From an uncultured Chloroflexia bacterium (GTDB taxonomy: Bacteria; Chloroflexota; Anaerolineae; JAAYZQ01), in NCBI GenBank assembly GCA_963700285.1, contig CAVOXA010000001.1, positions 160,001 through 224,000 on the forward strand: 64,000 nucleotides of DNA, written 5' to 3'. Shown piece after piece: positions 1 through 11,163 of the stretch. Numbering within the stretch: the first letter of the stretch is position 1; the number at the start of each line of letters is the position of its first letter. The notes under the pieces are model-generated. The model had not been told where the DNA came from, ran no database searches, and saw only the letters and a list, made by a program, of their open reading frames with translations. A program made the position numbers and the translations under genes.

Positions 1-1371
1 GGTTTCTTCGTGCCCATCACCGTCCAGGTCGATCATGACCTCGCCGTGCTGGCTGCGGATGACCAACCCTGAGGCCGCGGCGGTGGCCCAGGATTCAGCT
101 AGACGGCAGCCAAGTCCCTTTTCCGGTGGCACAAAGTCGAGTGCGGCCCAGGCGCTGCCTTCTTCCCAGCCACCATGGGGACCACTTGTAAAGTACCATA
201 GCTCGCCTGGCGACCAGGGGAGGGCCAAGGACGGCTGGGTAGTATCGGCTGAGATAAGGGGCTCAATGGCATATTGATCCGGATCACCAAAGAGCCGGCG
301 ATAGGTGGCAGCAAAGCCCTCCGGGCCGTCGCCCAGCCATGTCTCCCATTGTTCTCTTCCAGCATTCTTGGAAAAAAAGCGTTGCAGGCCGGCGGTAGCC
401 GCATTCAGAGAAGGATCATAGTTGGTTGCCGTCTTGTCTCTCCAGACGATGGGCGTCATGCCCCTTCCTCGCCAGTCATAGTAACCTTTATTTAGCTCAT
501 CGGCTGCCCAAGCTAGCTGCCAATAGAGAAGCTCCCAGCCTCCGCCTTTGTAGCCCATGGGGAAGTCGCGTGCATCACTGACCGGGGTGGGGTTGGTCAG
601 CCAGCCACTCTTCATTTCCAAAATGGCTAGCAGCATCCTGGGGCCAACACTGTAATGTTGGGCGACAAGTGCAACGACTTCAGGCCCGGTTCGGACTTTG
701 CCGCTGATCTTCTCCGTGTGATTGGGCAGGTAACCACCCTGCTCCTGGGCAAAAGCCTCTATGTCAAAGTCAACGTAGGCCGGGCCATTGACAAATTCGC
801 TATTAGGCAACAACCAGGTGACTGGACCGGTTTCGGTCTGGCACGAGGCCAATTCGAGCCTTTGTCCTACCAGCAGGTTGTTGGCGTCATCGAGGCTGTT
901 TTCCGCAGCGAGTCCTTCCAAGTCGCAGCCAAAACGGCCGGCGATGCCACTCAAGGTATCACCCTTGCGCACAACATAGACCTGTGGCAGAGGGTTCGCT
1001 TCGGGCAGTGCGCCTGCATCAGGCAGGCCTGCAACGGCTGGGATGGCAACCTCGGCTTCAACAGTCTCCGCAACAGCCGTCGGTTTTTCAACAGGCGTTA
1101 AGGAAGCAGCCGGCTCTGTTGCCAGAACGACTACATCGATTGTCGCGGTGGGAGATCCAGATGACGGCTGACCACCGCAGCGGGTGAGAAGAGCCAGCAG
1201 CACGCCAACGGCTACGAGACCGCCGATCCACCAAGCCCGCCCCTGCGACAGGGGCCCCATTCCACGCTTTTTGCGTCTGCTCCGCCCGTTGCCACGCTCC
1301 CCAAGGCGAGTCCTTCGCCCTTGGTCAGGGCTTAGTTCTGGACCGGCAGAACGCTTGTTGGTAGTAAGCAT
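1..1371 (-). CDS. LysM + M23-type peptidase, membrane-anchored (runs off the window start)
   Basis: Manual translation from ATG at 1371 (absent from the ORF track because it has no stop in the window). TM segment WWIGGLVAVGVLLALL, LysM YVVRKGDTLSGIAGRFG..LAAENSL, then WYFTSGPHGGW..WAALDF and VMIDLDGDGHEET. Confidence 0.8.
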   Translation of the reverse strand, partial: MLTTNKRSAGPELSPDQGRRTRLGERGNGRSRRKKRGMGPLSQGRAWWIGGLVAVGVLLALLTRCGGQPSSGSPTATIDVVVLATEPAASLTPVEKPTAVAETVEAEVAIPAVAGLPDAGALPEANPLPQVYVVRKGDTLSGIAGRFGCDLEGLAAENSLDDANNLLVGQRLELASCQTETGPVTWLLPNSEFVNGPAYVDFDIEAFAQEQGGYLPNHTEKISGKVRTGPEVVALVAQHYSVGPRMLLAILEMKSGWLTNPTPVSDARDFPMGYKGGGWELLYWQLAWAADELNKGYYDWRGRGMTPIVWRDKTATNYDPSLNAATAGLQRFFSKNAGREQWETWLGDGPEGFAATYRRLFGDPDQYAIEPLISADTTQPSLALPWSPGELWYFTSGPHGGWEEGSAWAALDFVPPEKGLGCRLAESWATAAASGLVIRSQHGEVMIDLDGDGHEET

Positions 1372-1585
1372 GAACCTGTCTCAGACTTGACGTTTCAACC
1401 TTTGATAACCTATTATACCACAAATCATCGGAATCCGCCAAGTTTGACTGAGCCCATATCTGGCATGCTGAATATCAGCTAGTCATCAGGCCTCCGGGAC
1501 CGTGAGCCGGCCAGTGATGCCAATGTCTGCGCCGTGTGCGGCTTGGCATGACCGGCCAGTCCTGCCCGTAGGACTTTTGCGTCAG

Positions 1586-2326
1586 CTACTGGCCACTGGC
1601 TGCGTACCGGACGAGGAGATCGGGCCTCTTGTCTGCTACGTCTGCGTACAGACCACGGTATTCCGGCGGAAGCATGGCAGCCAGATGGTACATGATCTCG
1701 TCGGTGAAATCCCGGACTTCAGCAGCGCCAGCAATCTCTCCTGAGGGCAAAGGTGGGGGGGCAAAAGGTGGGCCGAACACGATGTGAATGCGCGCCCGGC
1801 GTAGTTTCTTGAGAGCGCCGATGGCGTACTCCTGGCCTGTCACGACGACAGGAACCACGCTAGCGCCAGTGCGATAGGCAAAGTAGGCTGCCCCACCGCG
1901 CCCCCGCTGCATGGCTCCAGTGTCGCTGCGAGTCCCTTCGGGTGCCAAGCCCAGCACGCCGCCCCCTTGGAGCACGGCCAAAGCTTGGCGCAACGCTTTG
2001 CGGTCAACCTCGCCTCGATGGACCCAAATAGCGTCCAGAGAACGAAAGAGCGGGCCAAGGAACCAGTGTTTCTCTCGCTTGGCAGCGGCAAAGACGTAAG
2101 CTCGATAGGGGAAGGCAGCCATCAAAGCAGGCGGGTCAAGCCAGTGCAGGTGGTTAGTGAGCAAGAGGTAGGGACCTTCGCCGGGCACATACTCCAGGCC
2201 CTCTACTTCAGTACGGGTCAGAAGCCAGAGCAAGAAGCGAAGAATTGTCCGGGCTACCCGATACCACCCCTGAACCTCCAGGGAATAAGCCTTTGGCTCA
2301 ACTGATTTGTCCCCGTCTGCGTCCAT
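1586..2326 (-). CDS. plsC: 1-acyl-sn-glycerol-3-phosphate acyltransferase (LPLAT family)
   Basis: NHLHWLD (HX4D), APEGTRS and VVPV motifs. Confidence 0.85.
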   Translation of the reverse strand: MDADGDKSVEPKAYSLEVQGWYRVARTILRFLLWLLTRTEVEGLEYVPGEGPYLLLTNHLHWLDPPALMAAFPYRAYVFAAAKREKHWFLGPLFRSLDAIWVHRGEVDRKALRQALAVLQGGGVLGLAPEGTRSDTGAMQRGRGGAAYFAYRTGASVVPVVVTGQEYAIGALKKLRRARIHIVFGPPFAPPPLPSGEIAGAAEVRDFTDEIMYHLAAMLPPEYRGLYADVADKRPDLLVRYAASGQ

Positions 2327-2433
2327 CCGCGCTCCTGCTCAATCCGGTCTCTGTCAGCGATAACACCGTCTGCTGACCAGGGATACGGCGCTTCCCCACA
2401 GGCCAACCAGTATCTATCGCCTCAAGTCCCGTT

Positions 2434-3489
2434 TCAGGGGGTAGCTGTCGCTGGTGGCGTGCCCGTGAATTCGGCTGTGGCTGTTGGCACCTGGTAGCCA
2501 ATCCACCAGCCCTGTACCTGAATATCGTAGCGGTCTACTGGCCCCATAGGCGTCAACGTTACCTCAAACGGGGCGATAGCTCCCGCGAGAAAGAACTCGG
2601 CTGCAATGTCCACAACCCGAGCCCCGACTACGTGCCCTTCCTCATTGTACAAGGTGATCACAATGGCGACCTGTTCGGCATCGGCCTCACCGGTATTATG
2701 CACCTTGCCCCGGATCTGATAGTTACGCTCGTCCAGCCAGCCGCCCCAATCCTCTGCGATCTCCAGATCGGGATAACGCGGCCCCAGATGGGTGCTGGGC
2801 ACGCCACTCAGCACCCGAGTCTGATACTGGGCAAAACTGGTAGGAGGTGCGGTAAATAGGAGGGAAAACGGCGCTCGCCCGCCGCTAGCCATGATATCGA
2901 GATGGGTGAACGCCGAACCTGAGGCCAACAACTGCCCCTGTTCGTCATGGAGCGAAACCTGAACCTGGACCTCTTCCGCAGGATCATCGGAGAGGTTGAT
3001 TACTTCACCCAGGCACCATAGACTATCGACAGGCGTCCAGTGAAAACCCAGCCCCTGGATCTGGAGGGCCACGGGCGTTGGCGTAGGCACCGTGGTCGGT
3101 TCACTGTTTTCCTGCTTCAGAGGAACAATGATCTCCTGGTTGATCCGCAGGCGACGGGGATCCGTGATCCCGTTGACCTCCTGGAGAGCCTGTACCGTGA
3201 CGCCAAACTGGCGCGCGATGGCCAGCAAGGTATCCCCTTTCTTTATGACATAGATGATCGGTGTAGGGGTGACGGTAGGAGTTGGCGTATCCGATGGTGT
3301 GGCTGGCACAGGCGTGAAGGTTGCCCGACGAGTAGCGGTCGGCATTGGCGTATTGGTGGGAGTGGCTGGAACGACCGCCACGGCAGTTGGTGTAGGCTGC
3401 TGAAGGATGCGGCCGCAACCAGCCAATATCAAGCTGCTCAGTACCGCCAGCCACACCACCGCCGCTCGACCAATACCCGACCTCTGCAA
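2434..3489 (-). CDS. LysM-domain lipoprotein with FxLYD/DUF3426-like Ig domains
   Basis: Lipobox LAGC, PT-rich linker, LysM YVIKKGDTLLAIARQFGV, two repeats ending VSLHD/ITLYN..G. Confidence 0.75.
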   Translation of the reverse strand: MQRSGIGRAAVVWLAVLSSLILAGCGRILQQPTPTAVAVVPATPTNTPMPTATRRATFTPVPATPSDTPTPTVTPTPIIYVIKKGDTLLAIARQFGVTVQALQEVNGITDPRRLRINQEIIVPLKQENSEPTTVPTPTPVALQIQGLGFHWTPVDSLWCLGEVINLSDDPAEEVQVQVSLHDEQGQLLASGSAFTHLDIMASGGRAPFSLLFTAPPTSFAQYQTRVLSGVPSTHLGPRYPDLEIAEDWGGWLDERNYQIRGKVHNTGEADAEQVAIVITLYNEEGHVVGARVVDIAAEFFLAGAIAPFEVTLTPMGPVDRYDIQVQGWWIGYQVPTATAEFTGTPPATATP

Positions 3490-3708
3490 TGATCCACTCC
3501 CTTGGTTTCACCTTGACTACGAGGTGTCTCCTGACACAGCGGCGCAGTGCCGGTCGCAGCGTCTGTAGACGGTAGGAATTGTAGCAAAGGTGAGTGGGAA
3601 AGTCAAACATCACTGCTACGGTGTGGCCCGTCAGCCAAGGCATTGTTCTTGAGGGACTGTCTGGATCGTGGTATAATTGGTCCAAGATCACCAAGAGAGG
3701 TGATGGCC

Positions 3709-5568
3709 ATGAAGCAATTGCTTTCAGGTAATGAAGCAGTAGCCCGAGGGGCATGGGAGGCCGGGGTTCAGGTAGCATCGGCCTATCCTGGAACCCCCAG
3801 CACCGAGATCCTCGAGGATTTTGCGCGGTTTCCCAACGTCTACGCCGAGTGGGCCCCCAATGAAAAGGTGGCGGTAGATGTAGCCGTGGGGGCAGCCTAC
3901 GCGGGCCGGCGGGCGATGGCAACCATGAAGCACGTGGGGGTCAATGTCGCCGCCGATTCTGTCTTTTACGCTTCAATGACAGGTATAGAAGCTGGCCTGA
4001 TCATCGTCACCGCCGACGATCCGGCGATGCATTCCTCACAGAACGAGCAGGACAACCGACGCTATGCCAAGTTCACTCGCATCCCCTGCCTGGAGCCGTC
4101 CGACAGCCAGGAAGCAAAGGACCTGGTCGGCGCGGCGATTGCCATCAGCGAGCAGTTTGATACGCCTGTTTTTTTGCGGCTGACCACGCGCATCTGCCAC
4201 TCCAGCACCCCCGTAGAGATGGGCGAGCGTGTACAAACACCTGCTCCGAACGCCAAGTTTCCCCGCAACCCGACAAAGTATGTGATGATACCGGCGCACG
4301 CCCGAAAGAAGCATCCGGTCATCGAGGAACGGATCCAGAAATTGGCTGATTTCGCTGAGACTTTTCCCTTCAACCGGGTGGAATGGGGTGAGTCAGAGGG
4401 GGAGGAATCTCCCTTTGGCATCGTGACCTGTGGCGTGGCCTACCAGTACGTCAAAGAGATCTTGCCCAACGCACCCATACTGCGATTGGGGATGACCTAT
4501 CCCTTGCCTCCCAAGCTGGTCCATACCTTTGCGGCCAAAGTCAAGCGTCTCATCGTCGTCGAGGAACTGGACCCCTTCTTGGAGGAAGAGATCAAGCTGA
4601 TGGGGGTTGCATGCGAGGGTAAGAGTATCTTTCCCCTGTGCGGTGAGTTCGACCCCCGCGTGGTACGCGAAAGCGCCATCGAGGCTGGTTTGCTGCCGCA
4701 GTCGGCCCGTATACCGATAGGTTTGCGACAGATCGAAGGATTGGACGAGCCAGAGATTCCGCCCCGTCCGCCAGTTCTCTGTCCCGGCTGTCCCCATCGG
4801 GCTGTGTTTCACATATTGAGCAAGCGACGAGTGCCGGTAACAGGTGATATTGGCTGCTATACGCTGGGCCTCGTGCCACCTCTGTCGGCTATCCACACCT
4901 GTGGCTGCATGGGCGCTGGCATCGGCGTGGCCCACGGTGCCGCTCAAGCAGGCATTGGCGAGCGGATGGTGGCCGTCATCGGTGACTCGACTTTTTTTCA
5001 CACCGGGTTGCCGGCTCTGGCCAACGTGGCCTACAACCGCAGCAACGTGGTAACCATCATCCTCGACAACCGCATCACAGGTATGACTGGGCACCAGCAC
5101 AACCCCGGCACCGGATACACCCTTCAGTTGCAGGAGACAACGCCCGTGGACCTTGAACCGGTGGTCCGGGCGTTGGGTATTGAGCGGGTCAAGACAGTAC
5201 CTGCCTTCGATGTCAAGGCTCTGGATGAAACCCTCACAGAGTACCTGAAAGCCGATGGCCCCAGCGTACTCATTGCCCGGGACGAATGCGCACTTTTGCC
5301 GGAAGCTCGAAAACGGTGGCAGCCACTGGCGGTGATCGCCGACGAATGCAATGGCTGTACCATGTGCTTCCGCATTGGCTGTCCTGCCATTCTCAAGAGC
5401 GACGAGTTGGACGCAAAGACGCAGCGGCCCAAAGCGATCATCGATCCATTGCTCTGTACCGGCTGTGAGGTATGCGCCCAGGTGTGTCCCTGGCACGCAA
5501 TCCTGTTTCGGGATCAGATGGGGCCGGAGTACAGAGAAGATACTGCCCGGGCGGGCGAGGTGCCGTGA
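3709..5568 (+). CDS. iorA: Indolepyruvate:ferredoxin oxidoreductase alpha subunit
   Basis: LLSGNEAVARG, YPGTPSTE, MKHVGVNVAAD, LCPGCPH, GDSTFFH (TPP), two CxxCxxC ferredoxin motifs; RBS GAGAGG before ATG 3709. Confidence 0.92.
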   Translation: MKQLLSGNEAVARGAWEAGVQVASAYPGTPSTEILEDFARFPNVYAEWAPNEKVAVDVAVGAAYAGRRAMATMKHVGVNVAADSVFYASMTGIEAGLIIVTADDPAMHSSQNEQDNRRYAKFTRIPCLEPSDSQEAKDLVGAAIAISEQFDTPVFLRLTTRICHSSTPVEMGERVQTPAPNAKFPRNPTKYVMIPAHARKKHPVIEERIQKLADFAETFPFNRVEWGESEGEESPFGIVTCGVAYQYVKEILPNAPILRLGMTYPLPPKLVHTFAAKVKRLIVVEELDPFLEEEIKLMGVACEGKSIFPLCGEFDPRVVRESAIEAGLLPQSARIPIGLRQIEGLDEPEIPPRPPVLCPGCPHRAVFHILSKRRVPVTGDIGCYTLGLVPPLSAIHTCGCMGAGIGVAHGAAQAGIGERMVAVIGDSTFFHTGLPALANVAYNRSNVVTIILDNRITGMTGHQHNPGTGYTLQLQETTPVDLEPVVRALGIERVKTVPAFDVKALDETLTEYLKADGPSVLIARDECALLPEARKRWQPLAVIADECNGCTMCFRIGCPAILKSDELDAKTQRPKAIIDPLLCTGCEVCAQVCPWHAILFRDQMGPEYREDTARAGEVP

Positions 5569-5569
5569 C

Positions 5570-6163
5570 ATGACCACGAACTATAACTTTTTGCTGGCCG
5601 GCGTCGGCGGTCAAGGGACCCTTCTGGCCAGCAATGTGATGTCCGAGGTAGCATTAGAGGCAGGGTACGACGTGAAAAAGTCAGAGGTCCATGGCATGGC
5701 CCAACGGGGCGGCAGTGTGAATACCCACGTCCGCTGGAACGTTGAGCGGGTTTACTCACCCTTGATCGGCCTAGGTGAGGCAGATTTCTTGCTTGCCTTT
5801 GAGCTGGCCGAAGCGCTCCGCTATGCCAAGTTCCTGAAACCAGGTGGCATCGCTATCGTCAACCAGTATACCATCGAGCCGATCACGGTCACCTCGGGTG
5901 GGGCCCACTACCCGACGGAGAAAGAGCTGCACACACTGTTCGACGCGGTGACTGACCAACTCCACGTCGTACCGGGGACCGAAATTGCCAAGGAACTGGG
6001 CAATGTGCGCACAGCGAATGTCGTACTTTTGGGCGCACTTTCCACGTTCTTGGACGTACCGGAACAGGCTTGGCTGTGCGTCATTGAAGAACGCGTGCCG
6101 CCCAGATTTGTGGCATTGAATCATCAGGCTTTCTCCAAGGGACGGCAGGCGATATCTGGCTAG
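5570..6163 (+). CDS. iorB: Indolepyruvate oxidoreductase beta subunit
   Basis: GVGGQG, SEVHGMAQRGGSV; directly follows iorA. Confidence 0.92.
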   Translation: MTTNYNFLLAGVGGQGTLLASNVMSEVALEAGYDVKKSEVHGMAQRGGSVNTHVRWNVERVYSPLIGLGEADFLLAFELAEALRYAKFLKPGGIAIVNQYTIEPITVTSGGAHYPTEKELHTLFDAVTDQLHVVPGTEIAKELGNVRTANVVLLGALSTFLDVPEQAWLCVIEERVPPRFVALNHQAFSKGRQAISG

Positions 6164-6292
6164 GGCTCAGACCGAGACGATCATCAAAAGTATCGGAGAT
6201 GGGAGTGGGCTGGGGATTGATTTCGCCGACGTAGGCTCCGAGCTGCAGGGCCACTGGCGGGAGCGACGCCGCTTTCTATTCAATGGCTTGAT

Positions 6293-6321
6293 TTGACGTC
6301 CCAGAAGATCTGTGTTATCAT
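6293..6321 (+). promoter_or_regulatory. Sigma70-type promoter upstream of rho
   Basis: TTGACG-N17-TATCAT with TG extension. Confidence 0.55.
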
Positions 6322-6769
6322 GGTATGGCCTGAGGGTTATGGGCGTTCCCCAGCGGGAGTCACCGCGTGTTCCAATGTTTTCCTTCGATGCACTCCTGAT
6401 CAGCTTGGGATCTATTTGGCGCCAGGCCCATTGTTCCGGGGCTTGACAAAAGGCATTCTATGAGGTCAGGCCTTTCCCGACAGTCGATCTTACTCCTAGG
6501 ATAACAGTTCTTTGGCGACATTGGAATAGTCTCCAGGTCAGAGTCCAAAGAACTCCAGGGACAACTCTGCCTCTGAGCAATTCAGCCTTGAACGCGGGTT
6601 CCACACCAATTCTTAAAAGTCCGATGTCTTAACCGAACACCCTGGCTTGCAGGAGTGAGAGCTTGCCGAAAGGTGCGATGGCAGTATCACCTTTGCCACG
6701 CCGGGCAGTTGGCTAGGCTACCTGACCAAAGCTGTGTAGCCCCCAAATCACTGCACGTGGAGAGAAGAA

Positions 6770-8020
6770 GTGAATATCGTTGAACTTGAAACCAAGACAC
6801 TAAGCGACTTGCAGGAGATGGCTCGCGAGCAGGACATCACCGGATACAGCCGGCTCAAGAAGCATGACCTGGCAATGCGCCTATTGGAGGCCCAGGCAGA
6901 GAAACAAGGGCTTCTTTTTGGAGGTGGGATCCTCGATATTGTCTCTGAAAGTATCGGATTCCTCCGTTCCGGCGACCTCCTGCCCAATGCCGATGACATC
7001 TATGTCTCCCAGTCTCAGATCAGGCGCTTTGGCTTGCGGGCTGGCGACACGGTGATTGGCCAGGTCCGGCCGCCCAAAGAGAACGAAAAGTACTTTGGGC
7101 TACTACGGGTTGAAGCGGTTAATAGTGTGGACCCGGAGCAGGCCAAACGTCGGCCATGGTTTGATGGGCTGACGCCTATCTTCCCGTTGGAGCAACTGCA
7201 TCTCGAAACTGGACAGTATCCCCTGTCCACGCGCTTGCTTGATCTGTTGGCGCCCATCGGGCGCGGGCAACGTGGTTTGATCGTGTCGCCGCCCAAAGCA
7301 GGCAAGACGACCATCCTGAAGCAGATCGCCAATGGGCTCACAACCAACTACAGTGACCTGCACCTGATGGTTGTACTCATTGGAGAGCGCCCGGAGGAGG
7401 TGACGGACATGGCCCGTTCGGTGGAAGCCGAGGTGATGGCTGCCACCTTTGACGAGCCGGTGCAGCACCACGTGCGCGTCGCCGAGATGGCGCTTGATCG
7501 GGCCAAGCGTTTGGTCGAGATGGGGCGAGACGTTGTCATTCTTGCAGACTCGATCACCCGTCTGGCGCGGGCCTATAACCTGGTTGTGCCTCCCAGTGGG
7601 CGGACGCTATCTGGTGGTATAGACCCAGCAGCGCTTTATCCGCCCAAGCGCTTCTTTGGCGCGGCACGCAACATCGAGGAGGGAGGTAGCCTCACGATTG
7701 TTGCGACCTGCCTGGTGGATACAGGCAGCCGCATGGATGACGTAATCTATGAGGAGTTCAAAGGCACGGGCAACATGGAGATGCAGCTCAACCGCAAGCT
7801 GGCTGATCGGCGCCTGTTCCCAGCCATTGACGTTGAGCGTTCCAGCACACGGCGGGAGGAACTGCTCCTGAGCAAGGAGACTCTCTCCCGGGTTTGGACC
7901 CTGCGGCGCATGATCGATGCCCTGGGTGGTGGAGCCGAGGCTGTAGAGCCAGTGCTAGATCGCCTGCGCAAAACGCAGAGCAATGCCAAGTTCCTGGCCA
8001 CATTGAACCGTGACGCCTAG
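6770..8020 (+). CDS. rho: Transcription termination factor Rho
   Basis: [53 protein letters not shown]. Confidence 0.97.
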   Translation: MNIVELETKTLSDLQEMAREQDITGYSRLKKHDLAMRLLEAQAEKQGLLFGGGILDIVSESIGFLRSGDLLPNADDIYVSQSQIRRFGLRAGDTVIGQVRPPKENEKYFGLLRVEAVNSVDPEQAKRRPWFDGLTPIFPLEQLHLETGQYPLSTRLLDLLAPIGRGQRGLIVSPPKAGKTTILKQIANGLTTNYSDLHLMVVLIGERPEEVTDMARSVEAEVMAATFDEPVQHHVRVAEMALDRAKRLVEMGRDVVILADSITRLARAYNLVVPPSGRTLSGGIDPAALYPPKRFFGAARNIEEGGSLTIVATCLVDTGSRMDDVIYEEFKGTGNMEMQLNRKLADRRLFPAIDVERSSTRREELLLSKETLSRVWTLRRMIDALGGGAEAVEPVLDRLRKTQSNAKFLATLNRDA

Positions 8021-8231
8021 CACTTGCATATCTTATGCGAGGACTTGAGCAATAAGGCCACTTGCCAACAGAAAAGGAAGGATTCTAGCCAGGCCCCTGT
8101 ATACTTTTGTATAGAAAGAGTCCATTCCCGAGTTGCTTGCCGCCAGAAATTTGGCGGCAACGTTCTTCTGTGGTACAATGGCCGACGTCGCGAGCCATAT
8201 CCATATGGCGTAATCCTTGTGGAGTGCATGC

Positions 8232-9503
8232 ATGATTGAATCGCAAACCGAACTCCCTGCGCAGGAGGGGGGCCAGGCCAATATCTGGGAAAGAAGCCGC
8301 CAGATTATGGCCTCCGTAGCGAGTCAAGTCGGTGACAAGACTCGAGCGCTGCCAGGGAATGGCGGGGTGCAGTTCTCAGAGAGCGTTGGTTCTCTCTTCG
8401 ATAGGGTTAAAGCGCGATCTTTGCTCCAGATCTCTCGGGATGGCATGTCCCACTGGCTCCGTACCGATGCCAGCGACGGTTCTGTCCTTCGCCGCTTTTC
8501 CCTGCATCTGGTCGTTGTCCTATTGGCCCTGAGCGTGCTGGCTGTCAGTCAAATCAGCATCCCGGCCCTCGATTTCCGCCTGGATGCGCCATCCCTGAGC
8601 AAGGCTGACGGTCTGGACCCGACACCGGAACAGAGTGATCCAGCCGTTGGGGTATCTCTCAGCAACCGGGGGGGCGGCCGTTTCGTCGCCAACAATACGG
8701 GTCTCTTTCAAGCACCAGTACCCCATACAATTATCCCCGAACGGGATAGGATGGAGATCATTACCTATACCGTTCAGGCCAACGACAACGTGTGGTCCAT
8801 TGCCACAGGTTTCGGCCTGGAAGTCGAAACGGTCGTTTGGGCCAACCCGGCGGTGGAAAACGCGCCCGATCTGCTAAGTGTGGGTCAGGTTCTTTCCATC
8901 CTGCCCGTGGATGGCATTTACTATACCGTTCAGGCTGGCGACACCGTGGCCAAGCTAGCCAAGGACTTTAAGGCCGAACCGGAAAAGATAACGGCCTTTG
9001 TACTCAATGGGTTGGAGGAGCCCTATGCCTTGACCCCTGGTCAGAAGGTCGTGATTCCTGGTGGCCGGAAAAAGATTGTGGTTGCAAGCAATTACTATCC
9101 GATGACAAGTGTTGGCAAGGCACCCGCCGGTGCGACCAAAGGTTCTGGGAGTTTTGCATGGCCGGCCCAAGGTTGGCTTACTCAGGCATTCTGGAGCGGC
9201 CATCAAGGGATCGACATCGCCAGTCGTACCGGGACGCCAATCCTTGCAGCAGACGCTGGCTACGTTGTGATGTCCGGGCGTGATACCTGGGGCTATGGGA
9301 ATCAGGTCCTCATAGACCACGGCAATGGCTATGTCAGCCGCTATGCCCATCTGCATACCATCGGCGTCAAAGCAGGTATGTCAGTGAACAGGAACCAGCA
9401 GATTGGCACCATGGGCAGTACCGGCCGCTCCACCGGGCCCCATTTGCACTTTGAGATCATTCAGGGACAGGCGCGGCGAAACCCCTTGGGCTTTTTGCCC
9501 TAA
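8232..9503 (+). CDS. LysM x2 + M23 peptidase
   Basis: TM segment, two LysM repeats, HQGIDIA (HxxxD), YAHL, STGPHLHFE. Confidence 0.9.
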   Translation: MIESQTELPAQEGGQANIWERSRQIMASVASQVGDKTRALPGNGGVQFSESVGSLFDRVKARSLLQISRDGMSHWLRTDASDGSVLRRFSLHLVVVLLALSVLAVSQISIPALDFRLDAPSLSKADGLDPTPEQSDPAVGVSLSNRGGGRFVANNTGLFQAPVPHTIIPERDRMEIITYTVQANDNVWSIATGFGLEVETVVWANPAVENAPDLLSVGQVLSILPVDGIYYTVQAGDTVAKLAKDFKAEPEKITAFVLNGLEEPYALTPGQKVVIPGGRKKIVVASNYYPMTSVGKAPAGATKGSGSFAWPAQGWLTQAFWSGHQGIDIASRTGTPILAADAGYVVMSGRDTWGYGNQVLIDHGNGYVSRYAHLHTIGVKAGMSVNRNQQIGTMGSTGRSTGPHLHFEIIQGQARRNPLGFLP

Positions 9504-9517
9504 CATTCTCAAACAGG

Positions 9518-9552
9518 AAAACGGGCGCGAGATTGTATCTCGCGCCCGTTTT
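9518..9552. terminator. Bidirectional intrinsic terminator
   Basis: AAAACGGGCGCGAGAT-tgt-ATCTCGCGCCCGTTTT between convergent genes. Confidence 0.85.
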
Positions 9553-9599
9553 GATTTCTGGATTGCCTGAACGGCGAGGCAGTTCGCCGAAGCTTCCTG

Positions 9600-10856
9600 C
9601 TAGACCCAGCCGCGCAGCCTCATAGCCTCGGCCACGCGAGCGACCGACACGATGTAGGCCCCCATCCGGGTATTGACCTCGTACTGCTGGGTTGCGTCGT
9701 GCACCGCGTGGAAGGCGGCAGTCATCTTTTTGTCCAGCTTCTCATGAACTTCTTCGATCTCCCAGTAGAAATCATAGGCATTCTGGACTTGCTCAAAGTA
9801 GGAGACGGTCACGCCGCCGGCGTTGCACAAAAAGTCGGGAATCACATAGACGCCGTTTTTGTGCAGAATATCATCAGCCTCGGGCGTCGTAGGGCCATTG
9901 GCCAACTCGGCCACGATCTTGGCCGTGACTTTGTCGGCGTTCCACGGGCCGATCTGGTTCTCCAGGGCAGCAGGGATGAGGATGTCGACGTCTAGTTCCA
10001 ACAGTTCCTCGTTGCTGACCTTCTTGGTACCCTCGCAGCACTCGTAGGTGGCAACGGTACCTTCTTGCTGCTTCCACTCCATTACCTTGTCAAAGTCCAG
10101 ACCATGGTCATCGTATACTCCGCCCTTGGAGTCGGAGACAGCGACAACCTTGGAACCGAACATCTCGGTGACAAGCTGGTGAGCAAACTGCCCGGCATTG
10201 CCATAGCCCTGGATGGCGACCGTGGCCTTGGTCAGGTCGATGCCCAAAATCTTGGCAGCCTCGCGGATGGTGTACATGCCGCCCCGTGCCGTCGCGTCGC
10301 CGCGCCCTGCAGATCCACCCAGGGGCAGCGGCTTGCCGGTGATCATCCCAGGCACGTTGTAGCCGCGCATCACGGCGTATTCATCCATCATCCAGGCCAT
10401 GATCTGGGGAGTGGTATAGACATCGGGCGCTGGTACGTCAGTCTCTTCACCGATATAGTGGCCAATGGCCCGCATATAGGCACGGCTCAGACGCTCCAGC
10501 TCACCCATCGACATCTCTTTTGGGTTGCAGATGATGCCGCCCTTGCCGCCACCCAGCGGGATGTCCACCACAGATGTCTTCCAGGTCATCCATGCCGCGA
10601 GAGCCCGAACCGTGTCAATCGTCTCGTCGGGATGGAAACGAAGGCCGCCCTTCGTGGGCCCCCTCGCATCATTGTACTGTACCCGGAACGCGTGAAAAAC
10701 CTTGGTGGTACCATCGTCCATCTTGACCGCAAGGGTCACGTGGAATTCGCGCAGCGGCCAGCGCAGCAATTCGTGGACCGCGGGATCCAGATCCATGATT
10801 TCTGCCGCTTCGGCCAGTTGTGCCTGCGCGATCTTGAAGGGATTCAACTCACTCAT
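9600..10856 (-). CDS. gdhA: Glu/Leu/Phe/Val dehydrogenase (glutamate dehydrogenase)
   Basis: [36 protein letters not shown]. Confidence 0.92.
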   Translation of the reverse strand: MSELNPFKIAQAQLAEAAEIMDLDPAVHELLRWPLREFHVTLAVKMDDGTTKVFHAFRVQYNDARGPTKGGLRFHPDETIDTVRALAAWMTWKTSVVDIPLGGGKGGIICNPKEMSMGELERLSRAYMRAIGHYIGEETDVPAPDVYTTPQIMAWMMDEYAVMRGYNVPGMITGKPLPLGGSAGRGDATARGGMYTIREAAKILGIDLTKATVAIQGYGNAGQFAHQLVTEMFGSKVVAVSDSKGGVYDDHGLDFDKVMEWKQQEGTVATYECCEGTKKVSNEELLELDVDILIPAALENQIGPWNADKVTAKIVAELANGPTTPEADDILHKNGVYVIPDFLCNAGGVTVSYFEQVQNAYDFYWEIEEVHEKLDKKMTAAFHAVHDATQQYEVNTRMGAYIVSVARVAEAMRLRGWV

Positions 10857-11102
10857 TGTTTTGTACTCCTCTGTTGTGATCTAGGAAAAAGAACTGGGCC
10901 GCCATGGAGACAATGGCCCGCTGGCTTGCATGTGGTCTTGCTAGCCGCACAAAAAAACACACCCGAAGTGTCACCTCCTCGCGCGCGGGCATACCTTGAG
11001 ACAAGAAATTGCCGCGCTGCAATCCACTATTGAACTAAATCCAAGGTCGGAACCAACCCTGGCCTAGTTTGCGCATTATAGCACAAGCACGATCCGAAAG
11101 CA

Positions 11103-11138
11103 AAACCGGATGGGGTTGCGGCAATTCCCATCCGGTTT
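11103..11138 (-). terminator. Intrinsic terminator after gatB
   Basis: AAACCGGATGGG...CCCATCCGGTTT inverted repeat. Confidence 0.75.
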
Positions 11139-11163
11139 GACCTCACTGTAGACAATCGCCTTA

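Noticed and set aside
1-9503. Three LysM proteins as a dedicated cluster
   Set aside because: Not contiguous, and such proteins are expected to be numerous in this lineage
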